Source of the DNA: Deltaproteobacteria bacterium
GTDB lineage: Bacteria; Desulfobacterota; Syntrophia; Syntrophales; JACQWR01
Assembly: GCA_016209105.1 (NCBI GenBank)
Contig: JACQWR010000013.1
Span: 30,623-94,622, forward strand
Direction: 5' to 3'
DNA length: 64,000 bases
The notes beneath the pieces are model-generated. The model had not been told where the DNA came from, ran no database searches, and saw nothing but the letters and a program-made list of their open reading frames with translations. Position 1 is the first letter of the stretch. Each line of letters starts with the position of its first letter. Below are positions 27,245 to 35,760 of the stretch, in pieces. The translations under genes and the position numbers were made by a program.

Positions 27245-29185
27245 ATGGCACGGGAGCGAGACCGTACAGCGTTGGAACGCAAGATCGTTGCCCTTGAGAA
27301 ACGCTTGGCGAAATATGAGCAGGAAAAAGGCGGCGATGACATGCGGGGGATCGCCGAACGCCTTGAAAAAATAGTCGAGATGGGAGACGACGGCATTATC
27401 GTTTTCGATGAAGATTCCCGGATCGATTTTGCCAATCAGATGGCTTCCGATATTCTCGGCGTTTACAAAGGGAGCATAATCGGCAGCGAATTTTATCGGC
27501 TTATCGGAAAAAGCGACCAGGAGTTTCTGAAGGACATGGTGACACGCGGCAAGGGCGTCGGCCAGAAGTTCTGTACGGAAATGGCAATCAAAACACCCCG
27601 CGGAGACCTTATACAAACGGAAGTGTGCATAGCCCCGTCGCATACGGATGATGGAAAGAGTGTAACGTACGCCTATATCAGGGACATAACGGAGAGAAAA
27701 AAATATGAAAAGGATTTAAAAGAGTCGGAAGAGAAATATCGCAATCTTTTTGAACGGGTGCGGCACGGTATTTACGGAAGCAGCAAAGAAGGACGATTCA
27801 TAGACTGCAACCCAACCCTCCTGGAGATGCTGGGTTATGAAACCAGGGAAGAATTCCTGAAGATAGACATAGTCCATGACCTTTACACAAAACCGGAAGA
27901 CCGGGTTGCTTTTCAAAAGCTCATAGAAAAACAAGGATTTGTAAAAGATCTGGAGGTGGAATTTAAAAAGAAAAATAAGGAAACGATTACCGTGCTCCTG
28001 ACAGCCCATGTCAAGATGGACGACCGCAGGTCGATTACCGGCTATGAAGGCCTCATCATCGATATTTCCGACAGAAAACGGATGGAAAAGGAGCTGCGGG
28101 AGGCGAACGAATTTTTGACCAGACTGATTGAAAGCTCTGTGGACGGCATCATTGTGGCGGATACGGAGGGGAAGGTGCTCATCTTCAACAGGGGCGCCGA
28201 AAATATGCTTGGTTACAAAGCGGAAGAGGTGGTGGGGAAAATGAACATCCGCGGCATCTACCCGACCGGTGTGGCCAGGGAGGTTATGCAGAAGCTCAGG
28301 AGCAATGACTTCGGCGGTGTGGGAAAGCTTACCTCGTTTCCCCTTCTTGTCCGCAGAAAAGACGGCGAGCTTATCGAAGGCGACCTTTCCGCTACGCTCA
28401 TTTATGATGAAATGGGGAACGAGCTGGTGAGTGTCGGGATATTCAAGGATTTGCGGGAAAGGCTGGGAATTGAGCGGGAACTCAGGAAAACGCAGGAAGC
28501 GCTTCTTCAGGCAGAGAAGCTCGCCGCCATGGGAAGACTTACCTCGCAGATCGCACACGAGTTGAATAATCCGATCTACGGAATTATGAATACCCTGGAG
28601 TTGCTCAAATCCGAGGTTCCGCTGGAGAGCAAACGGAGACGCATATTGGAGTTGTCTCTTTCCGAAACGGTCAGACTTTCCGAAATGCTCCGCAGCATGC
28701 TCAGTTTTTCCAAGCCGGAAGAGGAGAAAAGAACGCCGACAAAAATTAACGAGCTCATTGAGGGAATCCTGCTCGTTATGGAAAAGCAGATGCGGGAAGA
28801 GAATATCCGGGTAACAACGGCTTTTGCCAAAAACGTTCCCGAAGTCATGGCTTCCACCAATCAAATCAGGCAGGTCATGCTCAACATGATCAAGAATGCA
28901 AAGGAAAGCATGCCTACGGGGGGAGTCCTGAACATCAGGACGATGCATAACACCGGGAAAATCCTTATTATTATCCGTGATACGGGGGCTGGAATACCCG
29001 AGGATATCCGCGATAAGATATTTGAAGCTTTCTTCACCACCAAGCAAAAAGTAAAGGGCGTGGGATTGGGATTGTCCGTCTGTTACGGCATCATCAAAGA
29101 CCACGGTGGCGAAATCAGTGTAGAGAGCGAAGTCGGCAAGGGCACAACCTTTATCATCAGTTTGCCTGTTCAGGGGAAAACGTAG
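27245..29185 (+). CDS. Cytoplasmic multi-PAS sensor histidine kinase (paralog 2)
   Basis: Three PAS-like segments. H-box TSQIAHELNNPIYG, then NMIKNAKESM, DTGAGIP and GVGLGLS. The PAS-HK core is clearly paralogous to 10152..11714 (RMEKELREANEFLTRLIESSVDGIIVAD vs RIENELREANEFFQNLISSSVDGIIAAD). Confidence 0.85.
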   Translation: MARERDRTALERKIVALEKRLAKYEQEKGGDDMRGIAERLEKIVEMGDDGIIVFDEDSRIDFANQMASDILGVYKGSIIGSEFYRLIGKSDQEFLKDMVTRGKGVGQKFCTEMAIKTPRGDLIQTEVCIAPSHTDDGKSVTYAYIRDITERKKYEKDLKESEEKYRNLFERVRHGIYGSSKEGRFIDCNPTLLEMLGYETREEFLKIDIVHDLYTKPEDRVAFQKLIEKQGFVKDLEVEFKKKNKETITVLLTAHVKMDDRRSITGYEGLIIDISDRKRMEKELREANEFLTRLIESSVDGIIVADTEGKVLIFNRGAENMLGYKAEEVVGKMNIRGIYPTGVAREVMQKLRSNDFGGVGKLTSFPLLVRRKDGELIEGDLSATLIYDEMGNELVSVGIFKDLRERLGIERELRKTQEALLQAEKLAAMGRLTSQIAHELNNPIYGIMNTLELLKSEVPLESKRRRILELSLSETVRLSEMLRSMLSFSKPEEEKRTPTKINELIEGILLVMEKQMREENIRVTTAFAKNVPEVMASTNQIRQVMLNMIKNAKESMPTGGVLNIRTMHNTGKILIIIRDTGAGIPEDIRDKIFEAFFTTKQKVKGVGLGLSVCYGIIKDHGGEISVESEVGKGTTFIISLPVQGKT

Positions 29186-29262
29186 GTTTCTTCCCTGACG
29201 GTAATATAAATGTAATGTCATGGGGAAAAGGTGACGTAAACAATTTCAATGAGGATAACACC

Positions 29263-29835
29263 ATGGAAATGTTAACGGTATCCCAGGCAAGCAAGTACTG
29301 TTCTGTTCCAACGAAAACGATACTGAGCTGGATTGAATCGGGCGATCTTTCCGCCCAGAAAACCGTCGGCGGCCATCGCCGCATCAGGAAGGAAGACCTT
29401 GACACCGTTCTGGTGAAGAAGGGCATCCCGCTCCCTGGTAATGCAAAAAAAGAGGCGAGAAAAAAAATACTGGTGGTTGATGACGATAGAATTATCGTGG
29501 AGACGATCGTTCAAGCGCTGGAGGAAGATGAATACGGATACGAGATGATTTCGGCATCCGACGGTTTCGAGGCGGGTCTGCAGGTCAGTCATTTCAAACC
29601 CGATCTCCTTATCCTTGACATCATGATGCCCGACATAAACGGATACGAGGTCTGCAGAAGAATCAAAGAGAATGCCGCGATAAAGGATATTAAGATTATT
29701 GTGTTATCGGCCTATCTCAATGAAGAGGCATTTGATCAGATGAAGACGTATGGGGCGGACGCCTGTTTTTCCAAACCCCTGCCGCTCGCCCAGTTGAAGC
29801 ATGAGGTTGCAAAGCTTTTAGGACTGAAAACGTGA
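29263..29835 (+). CDS. Response regulator with N-terminal excisionase/MerR-type HTH and C-terminal receiver domain
   Basis: The HTH is LTVSQASKYCSVPTKTILSWIESGDLSAQKTVGGHRRIRKEDL. The receiver is KILVVDDD...LLILDIMMPDINGYEVCRRIK...KIIVLSA. ATG 29263 follows GAGGA (29251-29255). Confidence 0.75.
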   Translation: MEMLTVSQASKYCSVPTKTILSWIESGDLSAQKTVGGHRRIRKEDLDTVLVKKGIPLPGNAKKEARKKILVVDDDRIIVETIVQALEEDEYGYEMISASDGFEAGLQVSHFKPDLLILDIMMPDINGYEVCRRIKENAAIKDIKIIVLSAYLNEEAFDQMKTYGADACFSKPLPLAQLKHEVAKLLGLKT

Positions 29836-29842
29836 GGAGATT

Positions 29843-30724
29843 ATGCGGTTAGCAGAAAATCTGAAAAAGAAAAAGTTTGTCGTTACCTCGGAACTTCAGC
29901 CTCCTATCGGCATGGGAGCGGGTGAGTTCGTCCAAAATGTGGAGCGGGCACGGGGAAGGGTGGATGCCTTTACCGTGCCCGAACTGAAAATTGAAGGGCT
30001 GGTTGCCGATACGATGGGGACCTGCAAGATACTGAGGGAGCATCAATTCGATCCGATCCTGCAAACCGCCTGCCGCGACAGGAACAGGGTGGAACTCCAA
30101 GAGTACCTTCTCAAGGCATCGGAGGCGGGCATAGAAAATATCCTTACCTTTACGGAGGACTACCGTATCACCGGTGACAGCCTGCAGGAAATTATGTTCT
30201 TTCATGTGGATTCGGGCAAGCTTTTTTCCGTTGTGGAGAATATGAGCCGGGGACAGGATATTTCCGGGAAGGAATTGCCCGCCAAGGCCACTTTCTGCAT
30301 TGGTTCCGGCATTGATTCCCGATGGGGCAGACAAGTGCCGGATATGCAACTCAAGGAAATGGAATCGCTGGCGGGTTTTGGCGCCCAGTATTTCCTCTCC
30401 ACGCCGGTGTTTGATCTCGATTCCTTCAATCAATTCATGAAACGCCTGGCGCCTCTCCGGGTTCCGGTCATCGCCGAAATCATACTCGTGAGAACCGCCG
30501 AGATGGGGATCTTTCTTAACAAACACATGAGGAGTGGGATCGTCCCCCCGCATATCATTGAGAAATTAGCCAAGGCTCCGGACAAGGAAAAAGCGAGCAT
30601 CGAAATCGTCAGCGATCTGGTGAAAGGGCTGAAGGATCTCTGTCAGGGGGTGCACCTCATCCCCTTCGGCGCGGAGGACCGGATTGCAAAGTACCTTGAG
30701 GCTGCAAAACTTTCATCCCTGTAA
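29843..30724 (+). CDS. Divergent MetF/MTHFR-family protein (copy 3, motifs altered)
   Basis: Retains TSELQPP and CRDRNR. NITDNQ is replaced by TVPELK, LCLSGDH by LTFTEDY, and FIQTQCIYD by YFLSTPVFD. RBS GAGGAG. Lies immediately upstream of HdrL-type gene 2. Confidence 0.7.
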   Translation: MRLAENLKKKKFVVTSELQPPIGMGAGEFVQNVERARGRVDAFTVPELKIEGLVADTMGTCKILREHQFDPILQTACRDRNRVELQEYLLKASEAGIENILTFTEDYRITGDSLQEIMFFHVDSGKLFSVVENMSRGQDISGKELPAKATFCIGSGIDSRWGRQVPDMQLKEMESLAGFGAQYFLSTPVFDLDSFNQFMKRLAPLRVPVIAEIILVRTAEMGIFLNKHMRSGIVPPHIIEKLAKAPDKEKASIEIVSDLVKGLKDLCQGVHLIPFGAEDRIAKYLEAAKLSSL

Positions 30725-30747
30725 CGGGAAGGGGAACCTTTGACGGT

Positions 30748-33700
30748 ATGAATTTGCGGGAAAACCAAAAAATAGGAGCCGCCCTGGTTATCGGTGGGGG
30801 GATAGCGGGCGTTCAGGCGTCTCTGGACCTGGCCAATTCGGGCATCAAGGTTTATCTTCTCGAATCTTCGCCTGCCATTGGCGGTCGGATGGCTCAGTTG
30901 GACAAGACGTTTCCTACGAACGATTGCGCCATGTGCATTGTATCGCCGAAGTTGGTAGAGGCGGGTCGTCATCTGAACATCGAGATTCTCACCAATTCCA
31001 AGTTAGTATCATTATCGGGCATTCCGGGTTCATTTCGGGCGCGTATTCGTCATTCGCCGCGGTACATTGATGTGGGGAAGTGCACGGGTTGTGCCGATTG
31101 CGCGGAGGTTTGTCCGGTTGTGTTGTCGAACGAGTTCAATGAGGGGTTGGACGAGCGGAGGGCCATTTATCGTCCTTACCCCCAGGCGGTTCCGAATTCA
31201 TTTTTAGTAACGAAGCGGGGGACAAGTCCCTGCAAGGCGGCCTGTCCTGCGGAGACGAGCGCACAGGGGTATGTTGCCTTGATTGGCGCCGGTCGGTATG
31301 AGGAGGCATTGGAGGTAATTCGGGAGTACAATCCCTTTCCTGCCTCGGTGGGGAGGGTATGCACGCATCCGTGTGAGGAGGAGTGCAGTCGGGGGAAGGT
31401 TGATTCTCCCGTGGGGATTTGCGCCTTGAAGAGATTTGTTGCGGACTGGGTATATGAGCACGGCGGTTCATCGGAGAAGGCGATAGGGATTGGTGACGGG
31501 ATTACGGGGAGGCCCGAGGCGAAGGTAGCGGTGGTCGGTTCCGGTCCTGCTGGCATGAGTTGTGCTCATCATCTGGTTCGGATGGGATATGGGGTTACGG
31601 TTTATGAGTCATTGCCGGTAGCGGGGGGGATGATGCGGGTGGGGATACCTGCGTACCGGTTGCCGCGGGAGGTATTGCAGCGGGAGATAGACGCCATTGT
31701 AGCCGAGGGTGTGGAGTTGAGGTTAAACACTCCGGTTCGGGACATAAACGGGTTATTTGAGGAAGGCTACCGCGCGGTATTTCTGGCGATGGGCGCTCAT
31801 GAGCCTCAGCGCCTGGGGATTGAGGGCGAGGATGCCAGGGGGGTATATCATGGCGTTCCTTTTTTGCAGTCGGTGAGCTTGGGTGACGGCGGCGGGGAGT
31901 TGCCCCGGACGGGTGAGCGGGTAGTAGTGATTGGCGGCGGCAACACGGCGATTGACTCGGCGCGCACGGCACTTCGTCTGGGGGCGAGGGAGGTGATGCT
32001 GGTTTATCGTCGTTCGCGGGAGGAGATGCCGGCGAACGACTGGGAGGTAGAAGAGGCGGAGCGTGAGGGCGTCAAGCTTGAGTTGTTGACGGCGCCGGTG
32101 TCGGTGGAGACGCGGGAGGGCAGGATTGTCGGCGTTCGGTGTTTGCGTATGGAGTTGGGGGAGGCGGACGCGAGCGGGCGGAGGCGTCCGGTTCCGGTTC
32201 CCGGTTCTGAGTTTGTGATTGCGGCGGACACGATGATTGCGGCGGTTGCTCAGGCGCCGGAGATATCTTTTTTGGATGAGTCGCACGGTTTGGAGATAAG
32301 TTCGCGGGGGACATTTGTCGTTGATCAAAAGACTCTGGCCACGAAGCGTGCGGGGATATTTGCCGGGGGCGATGTTCACCGGGGCCCGGGGATATTGATT
32401 GAGGCCATAGCGGACGGTCGGCGGGGCGCGCTTTCGATAGACCGGTATTTACGGGGGGTTGATCTCCTCACCGCTCGTGAGGAGGTTCCCCTGCCGGTAG
32501 TCGCGCTTACGGACGATGAGATAGACCATATCATTGCGGCGGGGAAGGTGGATTTATCGCCGCGGGTGACGGCACCGACCTCGCCAGTTTCGGAGCGTAT
32601 TCGTGATTTTCGCGAGGTTGAGCTGTCGTTGACGGAGGCCGAGGCAAGGCGAGAGGCTGCTCGTTGTCTCGAATGCGGGATCTGTTCGGAGTGTCATTTA
32701 TGCGTGCGGGTGTGCAAGGCGGGTGCGATAGATCACCAGGATGCGGCGCGGGAGGAAGAGCTTTCGGTGGGATCGGTGATAGCGGCGCCGGGGTACTCGT
32801 TATATGACCCGGGGTTGTCTCCGGAGCTGGGATATGGTCGTTATGCCAATGTGGTCACGAGCATGGAGTTTGAGCGGATGCTTTCCGCCTCCGGCCCGTT
32901 CGGGGGACACGTGACCCGTCCCTCGGATCACCGGGAGCCGAAGAAGATCGCTTTTCTCCAGTGCGTCGGCTCCCGCGACAAGGACCATGATTACTGTAGC
33001 TCCGTATGCTGCATGTACGCCACAAAGGAAGCTGTGCTTGCCATGGAGCACATACCGGGTGTGGAGTGCATAATATTTCAGATGGACATGCGTGCCTTCA
33101 GCAAGGGGTTTGACGCCTATTACGAGAGAGGGAAGGAAAAAGGCGTACGCTATATTCCCTGCAGGATTTCCGCTCTGGAGGAGGACCCCCGGACAAAGGA
33201 AATTCTTATTCGCTACCGCAATGGAAGCGAAGATCCCTCCATTCGTGAGGAACGGGTTGATATGGCGATACTGAGTATCGGCATGTCGCCGCCTTCCCGG
33301 ATCGGGGAATTTGCGGAGATCGCAGGCATTGAACTCAACGCCCACCGGTTTTGCTCGACCCGTGACTTTTATCCCCTCGAAACAAGCCGTCCCGGTGTTT
33401 ATGTGTGCGGTACTTTTGCTGAACCAAAGGACATCCCGGACACCGTCATCCAGGCAAGCGGCGCGGCGGCAAAAGCCCTTGCCCTGCTGGGGGAATCCCG
33501 CGGAACCCTGATTCGCAAAAAAGACTATCCTCCCGAGCAGGAATGTCCTGCCGGTGAAGAGCCGCGGATCGGCGTATTTGTTTGCAGTTGCGGTTCAAAT
33601 ATTGCGGGAACGGTAGCGGTAAAAGATGTGGTGAACTATGTGGGCGCTCTTCCCGGCGTCGTCCATGTGGAAAACACAACCTATACCTGTTCGGCCGATT

Positions 33701-35253
33701 CGCTGGTTCTGATCCAGAAAAGGATGCGGGAGTTGAACTTGAACCGGCTGGTGGTCGCTTCCTGCTCGCCGCGCACCCATGAACCGCTTTTCCGGGAAAC
33801 GATCCGGGAGGTTGGCATCAACCCTTACCTTTTCGAGATGGCAAATATCCGCGATCAGTGCTCCTGGGTGCATATGGGCAGAAATGAAGAGGCTACGGAA
33901 AAGGCAAAACACCTCACCGGGATGGCTGTTGCCTGCGCGTCCAATCTGGAGCCCCTCCACCGCACGGAGCGGAGTCTGATCAACAAGTGCCTTGTGGTAG
34001 GGGGCGGTTTGGCCGGAATGACGAGCGCAGTAAATCTGGCGGATCAGGGCTTCTTCGTTTATCTGCTCGAACGGGAAAAAGAACTTGGCGGTGCGCTCAG
34101 GCATATTCATTTCAGCGCGGAAGGAGGCGATCCACAGCTTTTCTTGACGGATTTGATCAACCGCGTTGAAACCCATCCGCTCATAGAGGTCCTGCCCGGT
34201 TACCAGGTGGCGGACCATTCGGGAGGAGTGGGAAACTTTCAGACGAAAGTTGCCGAGGTAAACGGTCCCCGCCAGATGGTCATCGAACATGGAACCACGA
34301 TCATTGCCACCGGCGGTAGAGAGTACCGCGGAAGGAGTTCCCGCCTGAATGACGACAAACAAGTCATGACCCAAATGGACTTGGAGGCGAAAATCGCCGG
34401 CCAAGATCAAACCGTTGCCGAAGCGAAATCGGTGGTGATGATACAGTGCGCAGGCCCCTGGGACGATGATCCGACGATTCCCTTTTATTGCAGCCGCATT
34501 TGCTGCACACTGGCGCTCAAGAATGCCTTGAAGCTGAAGGAATTGAATCCGGAGCTTTCCCTTGTCATTTTATACAAAGATATGAGAACCTATGGATTCA
34601 AAGAAAGCATCTACACCCGGGCCAGAGAGAAGGGCATACTGTTCGTCCGTTTTGACGACATGCATAAACCAAAAGTCACGTCTTCAGACGGCAGAATTTC
34701 AGTCGAGGTACTGGAGCCTATGCTCCGCCTGCCGCTGATTCTGACGCCGGATATTCTCGTGCTTTCCCAAGCTATCGTCCCCCAGGAGGACAGCAAAGAA
34801 TTGGCCAATATCTTTAAATTCCCTCGCAGCGCCGAGGGCTTCTTTCTGGAAGCGCACATGAAGCTCCGGCCCGTGGATTTTGCCGCCGACGGCCTTTATC
34901 TCTGTGGTATGGCACATTATCCGAAAACGATAAATGAAAGCATTGCCCAAGCCCAAGCCGCCGCAGCCAGATCTGCCACCGTCCTTTCCCGTGATTCGCT
35001 TCTCGTCGGAGGGGTTGTGGCCGTTGTTTCCGGTGAGCGTTGCGCCGCCTGTTTGACCTGTGTTCGCCTGTGTCCTTACGGAGTTCCCGTAATAAATGCC
35101 CAGGGAGAAGCGGAGATTGACGTGGGGCTGTGCAAGGGATGCGGCACCTGCGTCGCGGAGTGTCCCGCTCGTGCCATTGATTTGATGCATTTTCGCTTCA
35201 GTCAGCTTGAAGCAAAAGTGGGGGCATTGGCGGCAGGTACCGGGGGAGGGTAG
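30748..35253 (+). CDS. Giant HdrA-class flavoprotein with NfnB/GltD-like insert (HdrL-type), copy 2
   Basis: 1501 aa with the same architecture as 13449..17927. The N-terminal ~745 aa are nearly identical to copy 1. The C-terminal end (CAACLTCVRLCPYGVPVINAQGEAEID..CKGCGTCVAECPARAIDLMHFR) resembles the hdrA gene at 18742 instead. Confidence 0.85.
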   Translation: MNLRENQKIGAALVIGGGIAGVQASLDLANSGIKVYLLESSPAIGGRMAQLDKTFPTNDCAMCIVSPKLVEAGRHLNIEILTNSKLVSLSGIPGSFRARIRHSPRYIDVGKCTGCADCAEVCPVVLSNEFNEGLDERRAIYRPYPQAVPNSFLVTKRGTSPCKAACPAETSAQGYVALIGAGRYEEALEVIREYNPFPASVGRVCTHPCEEECSRGKVDSPVGICALKRFVADWVYEHGGSSEKAIGIGDGITGRPEAKVAVVGSGPAGMSCAHHLVRMGYGVTVYESLPVAGGMMRVGIPAYRLPREVLQREIDAIVAEGVELRLNTPVRDINGLFEEGYRAVFLAMGAHEPQRLGIEGEDARGVYHGVPFLQSVSLGDGGGELPRTGERVVVIGGGNTAIDSARTALRLGAREVMLVYRRSREEMPANDWEVEEAEREGVKLELLTAPVSVETREGRIVGVRCLRMELGEADASGRRRPVPVPGSEFVIAADTMIAAVAQAPEISFLDESHGLEISSRGTFVVDQKTLATKRAGIFAGGDVHRGPGILIEAIADGRRGALSIDRYLRGVDLLTAREEVPLPVVALTDDEIDHIIAAGKVDLSPRVTAPTSPVSERIRDFREVELSLTEAEARREAARCLECGICSECHLCVRVCKAGAIDHQDAAREEELSVGSVIAAPGYSLYDPGLSPELGYGRYANVVTSMEFERMLSASGPFGGHVTRPSDHREPKKIAFLQCVGSRDKDHDYCSSVCCMYATKEAVLAMEHIPGVECIIFQMDMRAFSKGFDAYYERGKEKGVRYIPCRISALEEDPRTKEILIRYRNGSEDPSIREERVDMAILSIGMSPPSRIGEFAEIAGIELNAHRFCSTRDFYPLETSRPGVYVCGTFAEPKDIPDTVIQASGAAAKALALLGESRGTLIRKKDYPPEQECPAGEEPRIGVFVCSCGSNIAGTVAVKDVVNYVGALPGVVHVENTTYTCSADSLVLIQKRMRELNLNRLVVASCSPRTHEPLFRETIREVGINPYLFEMANIRDQCSWVHMGRNEEATEKAKHLTGMAVACASNLEPLHRTERSLINKCLVVGGGLAGMTSAVNLADQGFFVYLLEREKELGGALRHIHFSAEGGDPQLFLTDLINRVETHPLIEVLPGYQVADHSGGVGNFQTKVAEVNGPRQMVIEHGTTIIATGGREYRGRSSRLNDDKQVMTQMDLEAKIAGQDQTVAEAKSVVMIQCAGPWDDDPTIPFYCSRICCTLALKNALKLKELNPELSLVILYKDMRTYGFKESIYTRAREKGILFVRFDDMHKPKVTSSDGRISVEVLEPMLRLPLILTPDILVLSQAIVPQEDSKELANIFKFPRSAEGFFLEAHMKLRPVDFAADGLYLCGMAHYPKTINESIAQAQAAAARSATVLSRDSLLVGGVVAVVSGERCAACLTCVRLCPYGVPVINAQGEAEIDVGLCKGCGTCVAECPARAIDLMHFRFSQLEAKVGALAAGTGGG
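30780..33040 (+). repeat. Dispersed repeat, copy B (5' ~2.2 kb of HdrL-type gene 2)
   Basis: See copy A at 13480-15720. It is a direct repeat about 17.3 kb away. Confidence 0.75.
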
Positions 35254-35312
35254 GCAGAAAAGCAGAGGTATTTTCAAGCGACCAACGAATAAACCCTATA
35301 CGGAGGATTACC

Positions 35313-35699
35313 ATGGCAAAAAAGATTTTGGTGGTTGACGATGATCCGGATCTTGTGGAAGCGACAACAATGATTTTAAAATCAAAAAATTATGACGTTA
35401 TTGCCGCATATGGCGGCGTCGAAGGACTTGCGAAGGCAAAATCAGAAAAACCGAACCTCATCGTCCTGGACGTCATGATGCCCGATAAAGACGGGTATAG
35501 GGTTTGCAGGGAGATGAAGGCCGATCCTGTTCTCAGCGAGATCCCGATCTTGCTGCTGACGGCGGTGGTATCTCACATCTCCACCACCCGTTACACCCAC
35601 CAGATGGGGATGGAGACCGAGGCCGATGATTACATGGACAAGCCGGTTGAACCCGCAGAGCTCGTAAAGCGTATTGAAGCTCTTCTTTCCAGGGAGTAG
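35313..35699 (+). CDS. Single-domain response regulator (CheY-like receiver)
   Basis: KILVVDDDPD, LIVLDVMMPDKDGY, PILLLTA and DDYMDKP. RBS GGAGGA. Confidence 0.85.
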   Translation: MAKKILVVDDDPDLVEATTMILKSKNYDVIAAYGGVEGLAKAKSEKPNLIVLDVMMPDKDGYRVCREMKADPVLSEIPILLLTAVVSHISTTRYTHQMGMETEADDYMDKPVEPAELVKRIEALLSRE

Positions 35700-35760
35700 A
35701 CCCTAACAGCATGGGGACAAGATTGCGCTTGTCTGCGCTTTGCCTCCTGAAGGAGGAGTG

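Noticed and set aside
27716-29221. A 501-aa stop-free ORF on the minus strand, antisense to histidine kinase 2. Similar long antisense ORFs occur at 2105..3565, 16851..17864, 18706..19596, 33595..34410 and 53023..53982.
   Set aside because: - The plus-strand frames carry unambiguous family motifs (H, N and G boxes; AcsB; HdrA; Adk).
- The antisense products are low-complexity, R/G/P/H-rich sequences with no recognisable motifs.
- Such shadow ORFs are expected in GC-rich coding DNA.
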